Assembly: GCA_003164715.1 (NCBI GenBank)
Contig: PLTZ01000026.1
Coordinates: 712-64,711 of the forward strand
Direction of reading: 5' to 3'
DNA from: Opitutaceae bacterium
GTDB lineage: Bacteria > Verrucomicrobiota > Verrucomicrobiia > Opitutales > Opitutaceae
Length of the DNA stretch: 64,000 nt
The number at the start of each line of letters is the position of its first letter. Position 1 is the stretch's first letter. Positions 18,240-27,803 of the stretch are shown piece after piece. The translations under genes were made by a program, and so were the position numbers. The notes beneath the pieces were generated by a model. That model did not search any database and had not been told where the DNA came from. It saw nothing but the letters and a program-made list of their open reading frames with translations.

Positions 18240-20213
18240 TTGAAAAACCTCTGGAACAGCGCTGAGGCGGCGGGTTTCCCCGGGGACATGGGCCAGCGGG
18301 TCTATTCCTCGAGGCTGCTGGGAAGGGACGAGTCGCTCGTGTTCCACGGCGGCGGAAATACCTCGGTCAAGATCTCGCAGAAGAACATCTTCGGCGAGGA
18401 CGAGGCCCTTCTCTATGTGAAGGGGAGCGGATGGGACCTTGCGACCATCGAGGCGGCCGGCTTCTCGCCCTGCCGGATGGCGCACCTGCTCAGGCTCGCG
18501 GGGCTCGCCGAGCTCTCGGACCTGCGCATGGCCGCCGAGCTCAAGGGCTGCATGACGAATCCATCCGCGCCTGCGCCGTCCGTGGAGGCGATTCTCCACG
18601 CCGTGCTGCCGGCGAGGTTCGTCGACCACACGCATGCCGACGCCTTCATTTCGGTCACGAACACGCCCGGCGGCGCCGAGCGCGTCCGCGAGGTCTACGG
18701 CGACCGGGTGGTGGTCGTTCCCTACGTGATGCCTGGATTCAAGCTCGCGCGGGCGTTTGCGGAGCTCTTCCCGAGGGAATCCTCGGCGCGCACGATCGGG
18801 GTCGCGCTCCTAAGCCACGGCCTGATCTCGTTCGGCGACACGGCCGAGGAGTCCTACGTGCGGATGATCGAGCTGGTGGCGATGGCCGAGGAGTATCTCG
18901 ACCGGCGCAAGGCGTGGACGGTCGATTGGCCCGCTGCCGCCGGCCGGCCGCGCCCGATTCGGGCCGAGCTCGCGGCCTTCCGGCGCGACCTTTCCGCGGC
19001 GATGGGCGCCCCCGCCATCCTCAGGGCGCAAGACGACGCGAGGTCCCTCGGCTTCATCGGCCGGCCCGACGTTGGCCTCATCTCGCAGCAGGGGCCCGCC
19101 ACGCCCGATCACGTGATCCGCACCAAGCGCGTGCCGATGATCGGGCGCAACCTCGCCGCCTACCGCCGGGACTACGAGGCCTATTTTGGCGCGTGCGAAG
19201 AGCGGTCAAATCCTCGGCCGGTGGCGCTCGACCCGGCGCCCCGCGTGATCCTGGACCCCGAGTGGGGCGTGGTGGTCGTGGGGCGGACGGCCCGGGACGC
19301 GTCGATCGCCGCCGACCTGTACCGGCACACGATCGACATCATCGTGCGCTCGACGGCGCTCGGCGGATGGCGCGCGCTTCCCGCCCAGGACATCTTCGAC
19401 TGCGAATACTGGGACCTTGAGCAGGCGAAGCTGCGGCGGACGGGCCCCGCGCCCGCCTTCGCGGGCGAGGTGGCCCTCGTGACGGGCGCCGCCTCCGGGA
19501 TAGGGCGCGCGTGCGTCGACGCGCTCCTTGAGCGGGGCGCCGCCGTGGTCGGGCTTGACGTGAACGCCGACATCGCTCGGATGCTCGCCCGGCCGGACTT
19601 CCTGGGGCTCCCCTGCGACCTCACGAGGGAGGCCGACGTGGCCGCGGCGCTCGAGGCGGCCGCGAGGGCGTTCGGGGGACTCGACATGCTGGTCCTGAAC
19701 GCGGGCATCTTCCCCAAGGGCAGTCCGATCGGGGAGCTCGGCAGCGACACCTGGCGCACGATCATGGCGGTCAACCTGGACGCGAACTTCGTGATGCTGC
19801 GCGAATGCCACCCGCTCCTGAAGGTGGCGCCGAGGGGAGGACGCGTGGTGGTCATCGGCTCGAAGAACGTGCCGGCGCCCGGCCCCGGCGCGGCGGCGTA
19901 CTCGGCGTCGAAGGCGGCGGTGAACCAGCTCGCGCGGGTGGCCGCGCTGGAGTGGGGGGCCGACCGCATCCGGATCAACACGCTGCACCCCAACATGGTC
20001 TTCGACACCGCGCTGTGGACGCGGGAGATCCTGGAGTCGAGGGCGCGCCACTACGGCATGAGCGTCGAGGCCTACCGGACGAACAACGTGCTCAGGGTGG
20101 AGGTGACGAGCCGGGACGTCGCCGCGCTTGCGGCCGAGCTCTGCGGCCCCCTGTTCGCCAAGACGACCGGCGCGCAGATTCCCGTCGACGGCGGGAACGA
20201 AAGGGTCATTTGA
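18240..20213 (+). CDS. Bifunctional class II aldolase / short-chain dehydrogenase
   Basis: 657 aa with a TTG start at 18240. The N-terminal aldolase half has HGGGNTS and the metal-site region FVDHTHAD. The C-terminal SDR half has VALVTGAASGIGRA (TGxxxGxG) and YSASKAA (YxxxK). Confidence 0.8.
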   Translation: MKNLWNSAEAAGFPGDMGQRVYSSRLLGRDESLVFHGGGNTSVKISQKNIFGEDEALLYVKGSGWDLATIEAAGFSPCRMAHLLRLAGLAELSDLRMAAELKGCMTNPSAPAPSVEAILHAVLPARFVDHTHADAFISVTNTPGGAERVREVYGDRVVVVPYVMPGFKLARAFAELFPRESSARTIGVALLSHGLISFGDTAEESYVRMIELVAMAEEYLDRRKAWTVDWPAAAGRPRPIRAELAAFRRDLSAAMGAPAILRAQDDARSLGFIGRPDVGLISQQGPATPDHVIRTKRVPMIGRNLAAYRRDYEAYFGACEERSNPRPVALDPAPRVILDPEWGVVVVGRTARDASIAADLYRHTIDIIVRSTALGGWRALPAQDIFDCEYWDLEQAKLRRTGPAPAFAGEVALVTGAASGIGRACVDALLERGAAVVGLDVNADIARMLARPDFLGLPCDLTREADVAAALEAAARAFGGLDMLVLNAGIFPKGSPIGELGSDTWRTIMAVNLDANFVMLRECHPLLKVAPRGGRVVVIGSKNVPAPGPGAAAYSASKAAVNQLARVAALEWGADRIRINTLHPNMVFDTALWTREILESRARHYGMSVEAYRTNNVLRVEVTSRDVAALAAELCGPLFAKTTGAQIPVDGGNERVI

Positions 20214-21328
20214 AGGTCAAGGGCCAGCCCTACCGCACGATCTGGCCGGGCGCCGACGGCGCCTCGGTCGAGATCATCGACCAGACGCGCCTGCCCCACG
20301 AGTTTGCTGTCGCGAGGCTGCGCACGGTCGGGGACGCGGCCCACGCCATCCGGGCGATGCTTGTACGCGGAGCGCCGCTGATCGGCGCGACGGCCGCCTA
20401 CGGGCTGTGGCTCGCGCTCCGCGCCGATGCGTCGGACGAGGCGCTCGCGAGCGCAGGCTCCGAGCTCCTGGCCACGCGGCCGACGGCCGTCAACCTCCGG
20501 TGGGCCGTGGAGCGGGTGACCGCGTGGCTTGCGCCCCTGCCGCCCGAGATGCGGGCGGCGGCGGCCTTCGAGCGCGCCGCCGAGATCTGTGACGAGGACG
20601 TCGGCATCAACCGCGCGATCGGGGCGGCGGGGCTTCCCGTCATCCGGGCACTTGCGGCGGCGAAGCCGCCGGGAGTTGCCGTCAACATCCTGACCCACTG
20701 CAACGCCGGGTGGCTCGCGACCGTCGACGTGGGCACGGCCACGGCCCCGATCTACGCTGCCCACGACGAGGGCCTGAGCGTCCACGTCTGGGTGGACGAG
20801 ACGCGGCCCCGCAACCAGGGCGCGAGCCTCACGGCCTGGGAGCTCCTCAATCACGGGGTCAGGCACACGGTGATAGCCGACAACGCGGGCGGGCACCTCA
20901 TGCAGCGGGGCCAGGTGGACCTGGTGATCGTCGGGACGGACCGGACGACCGCGTGCGGCGACGTCTGCAACAAGATCGGCACCTACCTGAAGGCGCTGGC
21001 GGCGCGCGACAACGGCGTGCCGTTCTACGTCGCGGCGCCGTCGCCGTCGATCGACTGGGGCCTGCGCGACGGACTCCGCGAGATCCCGATCGAGAACCGC
21101 TCGGAGCGCGAGGTGACCCACATCTCGGGCCGCCTCCCGGACGGGAGCGTCGCGACGGTCGCGCTTACGCCCGAGGGCAGCGGCGCGGCGAACCCCGCCT
21201 TCGACGTCACCCCGGCCCGGCTGGTGACGGGAATCGTCACGGAGCGCGGGATCGCCGAGGCCTCGGAGGCCGGGCTGAGGAGGCTCTTTCCCGAACACTA
21301 TGGCCCCGAAACCCATGAACGAGATTGA
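20210..21328 (+). CDS. mtnA: S-methyl-5-thioribose-1-phosphate isomerase family (MtnA/DrdI-like)
   Basis: ORF 19805..21328 trimmed to the TTG at 20210, which overlaps the upstream TGA (TTGA). It has eIF-2B/MtnA blocks: VRGAPLIGATAAYG, TRPTAVNLRWA, ILTHCNAGWLAT, ETRPRNQGASLTAWEL, VIVGTDRTTACGDVCNKIGTY, and VPFYVAAPSPSID. Confidence 0.8.
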   Translation: MKVKGQPYRTIWPGADGASVEIIDQTRLPHEFAVARLRTVGDAAHAIRAMLVRGAPLIGATAAYGLWLALRADASDEALASAGSELLATRPTAVNLRWAVERVTAWLAPLPPEMRAAAAFERAAEICDEDVGINRAIGAAGLPVIRALAAAKPPGVAVNILTHCNAGWLATVDVGTATAPIYAAHDEGLSVHVWVDETRPRNQGASLTAWELLNHGVRHTVIADNAGGHLMQRGQVDLVIVGTDRTTACGDVCNKIGTYLKALAARDNGVPFYVAAPSPSIDWGLRDGLREIPIENRSEREVTHISGRLPDGSVATVALTPEGSGAANPAFDVTPARLVTGIVTERGIAEASEAGLRRLFPEHYGPETHERD

Positions 21329-22127
21329 CCGCCGCGACTTCCTGAAAGCCTCCCTCACAGCCTCCGCTGCGGCGACCCTTGCCGCAATGGCGCCCTCCTC
21401 CCGGGCGGCCGAGCCGCCGGCCGCGGGCGGGGAGTTCCTTGAGCTCCGGGCGTACCGGCTAAGGCCCGGCGCGCCGCACGCCCTCCTCGACGGGTACCTC
21501 GAGAGGTCCCTCATCCCGGCGCTCAACGCCCGCGGCGTGGGCGCCGTGGGCGTCTTCACCGAGCCGGACTCGAAGGAGGGCCCGGCGGTCTGGGTCCTGA
21601 TTGCCCATCCGTCGCTCGAATCCGCCGCGTCGGTCGCCGCCTCCCTCAATACTGACCCCGCCGTCCAGGCGTCGGGCGGGGACTACCTGACCTTGCCCAC
21701 GAAGGAAGAGCCGGCGTATGACCGGATCGATAGCTGGCTCTTCCTCCCGTTTTCCGGGCTTCCACGGCTCGCCGTTCCCGCGCTCGCCCGCGAGCGCAGG
21801 CCGCGGATCTTCGAGATGCGCACCTACGAGAGCTACAGCGAGTTGAAGGCCCTTAAGAAGGTGGCCATGTTTAACGCGGGCGAGATCGCCCTTATGCAGG
21901 AGCTCGGCCTCTCCCCCGTGTTCTACGGCCAGGCGCTCCTCGGCCGTGACCTTCCCCAGCTCACCTACCTGCTCTGCAGCCCGGACATGGAGACGCACAA
22001 GAGGAACTGGGCGGCCTTCGGCGCCCACCCGGCCTGGGTGAGGCTCAAGAACGATCCGCAGTACGCGGACACCGTCTCGAAGATCACGAGCCGGTTTCTC
22101 GTTCCCGCCGGGTACTCGCAGATATAG
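21315..22127 (+). CDS. NIPSNAP-family protein with twin-arginine signal
   Basis: TAT motif in MNEIDRRDFLKASLTASAAATLAAMAP. It has two NIPSNAP-like halves (FLELRAYRL... and IFEMRTYESYS...). An alternative start lies at 21300. Confidence 0.65.
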   Translation: MNEIDRRDFLKASLTASAAATLAAMAPSSRAAEPPAAGGEFLELRAYRLRPGAPHALLDGYLERSLIPALNARGVGAVGVFTEPDSKEGPAVWVLIAHPSLESAASVAASLNTDPAVQASGGDYLTLPTKEEPAYDRIDSWLFLPFSGLPRLAVPALARERRPRIFEMRTYESYSELKALKKVAMFNAGEIALMQELGLSPVFYGQALLGRDLPQLTYLLCSPDMETHKRNWAAFGAHPAWVRLKNDPQYADTVSKITSRFLVPAGYSQI

Positions 22128-22141
22128 TCCGCACCGGCTGG

Positions 22142-22360
22142 CTAACCCGCGGAGCCGGCGCTTGGGGCCGGAGCGCGGCCGCGCGGCCTGAGCAGAAAGC
22201 CGTCGGTGAAGACGAAGACGGCCATTGCGAGAAAGATGAAGAATGCCGCGACCCAGAAGAACGGACTGTGGTGGAGGGGCCTGCGGGCGCCGGCATGAGG
22301 CTTTCCGGCCTCCGTATGGGGTCCGCCATGGTGTTTTTGGATGCGCTCGGTGTCGTTCAT
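22142..22360 (-). CDS. Small single-pass membrane protein, hypothetical
   Basis: ORF 22142..22513 trimmed to MNDTERIQKHHGGPHTEAGKPH...FFWVAAFFIFLAMAVFVFT. It has a His-rich head and one TM helix. No homology is recognisable. Confidence 0.35.
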   Translation of the reverse strand: MNDTERIQKHHGGPHTEAGKPHAGARRPLHHSPFFWVAAFFIFLAMAVFVFTDGFLLRPRGRAPAPSAGSAG

Positions 22361-22560
22361 GAATGGGGTGTGTTTTGTTTGGCGGCTCCATGCCGTTGGA
22401 CACCCGCCGCCGCCTTTGGTCACGGGCGCCGCATCGCGCATCGCAGGGACGTTCGCCCCTGGCCCAACGCCCTGTCGGGTTACACCCCATACCCCGCGGG
22501 CTGGCGCCGGCATATATTCGCGCGAGCGGGTGTATGCCCGCCAAAACTCAAGGATCCTAT

Positions 22561-22758
22561 ATGCCTATCGTATCCGTTGTCCTCACCCTGATCGTCGTCG
22601 GCGTAATCCTCTGGCTGATAAACACGTACATCCCGATGCAGTCCACCATCAAGTCCATCATCAACGCGGTGGTAGTGATCGCGGTGGTCCTTTGGCTCCT
22701 CTATGGTTTCGGCATCATCTCGCACTCGGGAGACATCCACATGCCGGTGGTGAAGTAG
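22561..22758 (+). CDS. Small two-TM membrane protein, hypothetical
   Basis: ORF 22363..22758 trimmed to the ATG at 22561. The 65 aa product MPIVSVVLTLIVVGVILWLINTYIPMQSTIKSIINAVVVIAVVLWLLYGFGII has two hydrophobic helices. Confidence 0.45.
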   Translation: MPIVSVVLTLIVVGVILWLINTYIPMQSTIKSIINAVVVIAVVLWLLYGFGIISHSGDIHMPVVK

Positions 22759-22884
22759 GGCGGCGCGGTTCCACCGCCGGCCGCGTTTCTTTGATCCTTC
22801 GGCGCGGCTTTTCGCGCATGGATAGGGTCCGAGTAGCGGCTCCGGGGCCGCCGCTTGTCATTCCTATACGTGAACCTGGCGATG

Positions 22885-23841
22885 AATCAGCTCAGCGACG
22901 CCGAGATGGGCGTCGGCCACTCCGAGTTCGAGCGGGACGGATGCGCCCTGCTCGAGGGTTTCTTCGACCCCTTCCGCGTGGACCGCGCGGCATCGGCCGC
23001 GCGCCGGGTGCTGCGGGAGAGGCCGCGCGAGGTGGTCGTCGACTGCCTGCAGAGCGGCCAGCGCACGTTCTGGGCGCAGGCCGCCCACCCCGAGACGCGC
23101 CACTTCAAGTTCAACGACCTCCATCTGCTCTGCGAGGCGCTCCGGGACCTGGCGCTCGATCCCGAGCTGACCGCGGTCCTCAGGGCGCTTCTCGGCGACG
23201 CGCCGGTGCTGTGCAGCAGCGTCAGTTTTGAGAAGGGCAGCTCGCAGCCGAAGCACATCGACTCGCTGTGCATGACCCCGCGCACGCCCCATTCGCTGGT
23301 CACCGCGTGGATCGCGTACGAGGACGCCCATCCGGACGCGGGCCCCCCGGTCTATTACCCGGGAAGCCACAAGATCCCGCTCTACACCTTCAACGACGGC
23401 AGCCACCACGCTTCGCGCGACGAGATCGTGGACTGGTTCGACTACATCGACGTGCAGCTGCGGCTCAGGGGCCTGAGGGCGAGGAAGCTCGTGGCCAGGA
23501 AGGGCGACGTGTTCATACGGCACGCGGACCTCGTCCACGGGGGCAGCCCGATCGCGGACTTCGGCCGCACGTGCGGCTGCGCGGCCTTACACTACTTCAG
23601 CGCGGGCGACTGCGTCGAAAGGGGCATGGACATCGAGCCGCTGCGCGGGGGCTACTGGTTCCGGCGGCTGAGGGCCCCGGTCGCGGCGGACCCGTCGGCC
23701 TTCGGGCCGGGCTTCCCTTTCCCCGAGGAGTCCTATCTCCGGCGCTATCCCGACGTCCGGGAGGCCGTCGAGACCGGGATGTGCCCGTCGGGCGAATCCC
23801 ACTACCGGATGTACGGGTTCGACGAGGGCAGGGGCGTCTAA
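22885..23841 (+). CDS. Phytanoyl-CoA dioxygenase (PhyH) family Fe(II)/2-oxoglutarate oxygenase
   Basis: The ATG is at 22885 (MNQLSDAEMG...). It has a PhyH-like N-terminus (FERDGCALLEGFF), an HxD motif in PKHIDS, and a distal His in LVHGGSP. Confidence 0.7.
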   Translation, partial: NQLSDAEMGVGHSEFERDGCALLEGFFDPFRVDRAASAARRVLRERPREVVVDCLQSGQRTFWAQAAHPETRHFKFNDLHLLCEALRDLALDPELTAVLRALLGDAPVLCSSVSFEKGSSQPKHIDSLCMTPRTPHSLVTAWIAYEDAHPDAGPPVYYPGSHKIPLYTFNDGSHHASRDEIVDWFDYIDVQLRLRGLRARKLVARKGDVFIRHADLVHGGSPIADFGRTCGCAALHYFSAGDCVERGMDIEPLRGGYWFRRLRAPVAADPSAFGPGFPFPEESYLRRYPDVREAVETGMCPSGESHYRMYGFDEGRGV

Positions 23842-23851
23842 TAGCAGGGGC

Positions 23852-24667
23852 TCACGGGTTGCGCGAGGCGACCCAGAACCTGCAGTTGTCCGAGAAGCTG
23901 GCGACGCTGGGCCCCTCCGTCGCGAGTTCGCTCCTCATCGCGTCGAAGACGCGGCTCCAGCCGGTCGCGGCCAGGTCGTCGAGGATCTCCCGGCGGTCCG
24001 GGATGTGGATGAAGACCTCGCCGCTTTCGTCCCGGAAGCGCCGGTCCCCGAAATCGGTGAGAGCCGGGTCCTGGCGCCCGGTCGCCCACCGGGCGGCCTC
24101 GTTCCGCCACCAGGACCCGTCGTCGCCGGCAACATCCCGGTCGTGCGCGGTGAAGATGAGGGGCGCGCCCTCCCGGCAGAGGGCGTGCAGCCGGCCGAGC
24201 GCCGCCCGGCGGTTCCCGCGGCCGGGGATCTGCATGAGGCCGTTGAACATGAAGAGGGCCGCCCCGAAGCCCCCGGCGGGCGCCGCTGCGAGTTCGGAGC
24301 AGCCGACGGTCCTCGCGTCGGCGCACGAAAAGGCGATCGATCCGGCGCCCTGCTCCCGCGCAAGGTCGCGCGCCTGCTCCAAGAGCTCGTCCGCGAAGTC
24401 GAACGCGTGGATCCTCCTAAAACCCATCCTCCAGAGCCCCAGGGTCACCCGGCCGGCGCCGCAGCCGGCCTCGAGGATGTCGGTCTCCGGATCCTTGAGG
24501 AACCGCTCGATCACCCGGCGCTCGGAATTCCACAGCCCGAGAAAATGGGCCGCCCGCGTGTAATGGAGGATCGAGTGGATCCCGTTGAAGCACTCCCTCA
24601 CCTGGGCCCCCGACCATGCCGCCGGTTCTTCGGAGCGGGCAGGGGACCGCGGATCGGAAGCCTCCAT
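23852..24667 (-). CDS. Class I SAM-dependent methyltransferase
   Basis: ORF 23852..25057 trimmed to MEASDPRSP (ATG at 24667), because the upstream part overlaps the neighbouring oxidoreductase. SAM motif I is ILEAGCGAGRVTLGL. Confidence 0.75.
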   Translation of the reverse strand: MEASDPRSPARSEEPAAWSGAQVRECFNGIHSILHYTRAAHFLGLWNSERRVIERFLKDPETDILEAGCGAGRVTLGLWRMGFRRIHAFDFADELLEQARDLAREQGAGSIAFSCADARTVGCSELAAAPAGGFGAALFMFNGLMQIPGRGNRRAALGRLHALCREGAPLIFTAHDRDVAGDDGSWWRNEAARWATGRQDPALTDFGDRRFRDESGEVFIHIPDRREILDDLAATGWSRVFDAMRSELATEGPSVASFSDNCRFWVASRNP

Positions 24668-24723
24668 GTGTCTCGTGCGTCCGAGGCCGGGTCGCTTCGC
24701 CGCCCGGAGCGACCCGCGCCGGA

Positions 24724-26109
24724 TCAGCCGCTGAAGCTGTAGTCGTAGGGGGCGCGCATCGGCCGCGACAGGTAGCGGTTCGCCTCCGCCGCGTTCTCGC
24801 CCACGAACCTTTCGGCGCCGGAATCCCACGTGAGCTTCAGGCCCGTGCGCAGGGCGATGGCGCCCAGGTGGCACATGTTCGCCGAGCGGTGCCCGGTCAC
24901 GACGTCGCAGATCGGCAGCTGCCGGGAGCGGACGCAGTCGAAGAAGTTCCCCATGTGGTTCTTGCTCACGACGAGCTTGTCCTTCTCCTCGGCCGCGGGG
25001 GTGTGCAGCAGTGCGGGGTCGCTGGCGGTGATCTCCTGGCGGTTGACCCAGATCCACCCGTCCGTGCCGACGAAGCGGATACCGTTATGCTGGCCCTTGG
25101 CGTTCACCGATTCACCGTAGATGTCGTCGTCCTTGGTCGTGCGCACATGCAGGCTGACGCCGTTCTCGTAGGTGTACCTCACGTCGTAATCGGCGAAGGC
25201 GGTGTAGCCGCCGGGCACGGGCTTCGACAGCGCCCGGGCCTCCACCTCGCGCGGCGCGACCAGGCCGATCGCCCAGTAGGCGATGTCGTTGTGGTGCGCC
25301 CCCCAGTCCGTCATCGTGCCCCCGGAATAGTCGTACCAGTAGCGGAAATAGGTGTGGCAGCGCTCCTTCACGTAGGGGACGGACGGCGTCTGCCCCTGCC
25401 AGAAGTCCCAGTCGAGCCCCTGGGGGACGGGAGAGGCCGCGAACGGGCCGCCGCGCTTGCCGGCCGGCAGCCACACCTCCGCGACCTTGAGCTTCCCGAT
25501 CCGGTTGTTGCGGACGAGCTCCGCCGCCAGCCGGAAGCGCTGCGAGCTGCGCTGCTGCGTGCCGGTCTGCAGCACGACGCCGTGGCGCTGCACGGCCCCG
25601 ATGACGTTATTCCCCTCGTCGATCGTGAGCGTCAGGGGTTTCTCGCTGTAAATGTCCTTGCCGGCGCGGGCCGCCGCAATGTTGACCAGGGAGTGCCAGT
25701 GGTCGGGCGTGGCGTTGACGACTGCGTTTATGTCATTACGCTCAAGGAGCTTGCGGAAATCTGAGTACTTCACGGGGACCTTGGTGCCCACCGTGAACTT
25801 CTTCGCGGCCTCCTCGGCGTGGCTCTCGTCGACGTCGCAGACGGCGATGATGTCGCCGTGGTTGGAGGCGTTGACCGCGTCGCCCTTTCCCTGCCCGCCG
25901 CAGCCTATGAGGGCGATGCCCGGCCGGTCGTTCGGCGACGGGACCTTGGTCTCCTCGGCCGCCTCCAACATCTGGCGTTCGACAAACCAGAGGGGCAGGC
26001 CGGTCATCGCCGCGACCGTCGCGACCCGCTTCACAAACGTCCGGCGCGAGACCTGGAAGTCCTTGATCGATGAAGCTTGGGGGCGGGAGGGGGGAGGGGA
26101 CGGGTTCAT
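24724..26109 (-). CDS. Gfo/Idh/MocA-family oxidoreductase with TAT signal
   Basis: TAT motif SRRTFVKRVATVAAMTG. The Rossmann start is IALIGCGGQGKGD, and the protein continues with a Gfo/Idh/MocA C-terminal domain. Length is 461 aa. Confidence 0.85.
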   Translation of the reverse strand: MNPSPPPSRPQASSIKDFQVSRRTFVKRVATVAAMTGLPLWFVERQMLEAAEETKVPSPNDRPGIALIGCGGQGKGDAVNASNHGDIIAVCDVDESHAEEAAKKFTVGTKVPVKYSDFRKLLERNDINAVVNATPDHWHSLVNIAAARAGKDIYSEKPLTLTIDEGNNVIGAVQRHGVVLQTGTQQRSSQRFRLAAELVRNNRIGKLKVAEVWLPAGKRGGPFAASPVPQGLDWDFWQGQTPSVPYVKERCHTYFRYWYDYSGGTMTDWGAHHNDIAYWAIGLVAPREVEARALSKPVPGGYTAFADYDVRYTYENGVSLHVRTTKDDDIYGESVNAKGQHNGIRFVGTDGWIWVNRQEITASDPALLHTPAAEEKDKLVVSKNHMGNFFDCVRSRQLPICDVVTGHRSANMCHLGAIALRTGLKLTWDSGAERFVGENAAEANRYLSRPMRAPYDYSFSG

Positions 26110-26440
26110 GGAAGGGGTGCTGATGCGGGGTGCAACGGTGGAAAAAGAGGAGGATGAAGCATCGGGGGTGCGTCGATTGCAAGCCGCCGCATTGTCCCGC
26201 GCCGAACGGACCTAATCACGATTATCAGGACGCGCACTAATGCAAACGCCCGCGGCCGCCGCAGGCTGTTTAGGTTGAACCCGATTTGGCGCCGGCGGCA
26301 GAATCACGGTCCCTGTAGGGGCCCCCGGGCGCGGGTCCGTGAAGCCCTGCCCGGGCCATGGATTCCCTGGTCATTTTTTTTGTCACGCTTCTTGCCCCGG
26401 GGAGTGCATTCGCCAAAGTTGTTCCCCTCCCCAATCCCTT

Positions 26441-27781
26441 ATGAACACCCCTGAAATGAACCGTCGCACCTTCCTGAAGACCGCCTCGCTCGCCACCGCG
26501 GCGGCCTCCCTGCCGAACATCCTGCGCTCGCAGGGGCCCGGCGACCAGGCGCCTGTCAACAAGATCAACGTCGCCTGCTGCGGCGTGGGCGGGCGCGGCT
26601 ACGACGCGGTCCAGGGGATGAAGGGCGAGAATCTGGTCGCCTTCTGCGATGTCGATGACGAGCGGGCCGCCAAGACCTACCAGGAGTTCCCCGGGGTCCC
26701 CCACTTCCGCGACTTCCGCGTCATGCTCGACAAGCTGGGCAACAAGATTGACGCGGTGACGGTGTCGACGCCCGACTTCATGCACTTCCCGATCGCCATG
26801 GCGGCGCTCGCTCTCGGAAAGCACGTTTTTATCGAGAAGCCGATGGCCCACACGGTGGCCGAGGCCCGCAAGCTGGCCGAGGTCGCCCGCGAGAAGAAGG
26901 TGGCGACGCAGATGGGCAACCAGGGGCACGCGCGCGAGGGGGCCCGCCTCCTCAAGGAATGGGTCGAGGCCGGCGTCCTCGGAGAGGTGAAGGAGGTGCA
27001 CAGCTGGACCGACCGCCCGATCTGGCCCCAGGGCGTGAAGCCCTTCGACCACACGAAATTGATGCCCGTCGTCCCGGCGACGCTCGACTGGGACCTCTGG
27101 ACCGGGGTCGCCCAGCCCCGCGAGTTCGACCCGGGCTACCTGCCCTTTGTCTGGCGCGGCTTCTGGGACTTCGGCTGCGGGTCGCTCGGCGACATGGGCT
27201 GCCACATCATGGACGGCGCCTACTGGGCGCTGGGGCTCACCGCCCCGACCTCCGTGGAGCCCGTCAGCGCGAACCAGACCGAGATAAGCGCCCCGACGGC
27301 GTCGGTCACCCGCCTGCATTTCCCGGCCCGGGGCTCGATGCCCGCGGTCAAGTGGACGTGGTACGACGGCGGCATGATGCCGCCCGTCCCCGCCGACCTG
27401 GAGGAGAGCCGCAAGCTGCAGGAGAACGGCACGCTGCTCATCGGCTCGAAGGCGACGGTCATGTGCGACACCTACTATGACAGCGTCCGGATCATCCCCG
27501 AGGCCAAGATGAAGGAGTTGGCGCCCAGCCTTCCCCCGAAGACGATCCCGCGCGTGGCCGGCGGCCATTTCGCCGAATGGCTGCGCGCCTGCAAGGGCGG
27601 CGTCCCGGCCGGCTCGAATTTCGAGTATGCCTCGCGCCTCACGGAGAGCGTGCTGATCGGCAATGTCGCGCTGCGCGCCAAGCGCCGGATCGAATGGGAC
27701 TCGGCGTCGATGAAGGTGACGAACCTCGCCTCCGCCAACGCATTCGTGACCACCCAGTACCGCGCCGGCTTCGGCGTCTAA
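26441..27781 (+). CDS. Gfo/Idh/MocA-family oxidoreductase with TAT signal
   Basis: ORF 26339..27781 trimmed to the ATG at 26441 (MNTPEMNRRTFLKTASLATAAASLP). The Rossmann start is VACCGVGGRGYDA, followed by DAVTVSTPDFMH and EKPMAHT blocks. The 558 aa antisense ORF is treated as spurious. Confidence 0.85.
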   Translation: MNTPEMNRRTFLKTASLATAAASLPNILRSQGPGDQAPVNKINVACCGVGGRGYDAVQGMKGENLVAFCDVDDERAAKTYQEFPGVPHFRDFRVMLDKLGNKIDAVTVSTPDFMHFPIAMAALALGKHVFIEKPMAHTVAEARKLAEVAREKKVATQMGNQGHAREGARLLKEWVEAGVLGEVKEVHSWTDRPIWPQGVKPFDHTKLMPVVPATLDWDLWTGVAQPREFDPGYLPFVWRGFWDFGCGSLGDMGCHIMDGAYWALGLTAPTSVEPVSANQTEISAPTASVTRLHFPARGSMPAVKWTWYDGGMMPPVPADLEESRKLQENGTLLIGSKATVMCDTYYDSVRIIPEAKMKELAPSLPPKTIPRVAGGHFAEWLRACKGGVPAGSNFEYASRLTESVLIGNVALRAKRRIEWDSASMKVTNLASANAFVTTQYRAGFGV

Positions 27782-27803
27782 CCCCGGTCGAACCCAAGAT
27801 CCC

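Noticed and set aside
19805-20209. The N-terminal 135 aa extension of the MtnA ORF in the track, and similar extensions at 6422-6601, 28881-29690, 49281-49622, 42366-42479 and 13718-13969.
   Set aside because: The extensions overlap the preceding gene in another frame and lack homology-like sequence. Conserved family sequence or a signal peptide begins right at an internal start that abuts or overlaps the upstream stop codon.
20072-21649. A 525 aa minus-strand ORF, plus similar long shadow ORFs at 799..1818, 6455..7579, 8356..9375, 12607..13863, 30301..31545, 31847..33034, 39058..40269, 42591..43805 and 58882..60495.
   Set aside because: Each lies opposite, or out of frame with, a gene that has recognisable family motifs. 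Their translations are dominated by R/G/P/A runs. They are expected by chance at this GC content.
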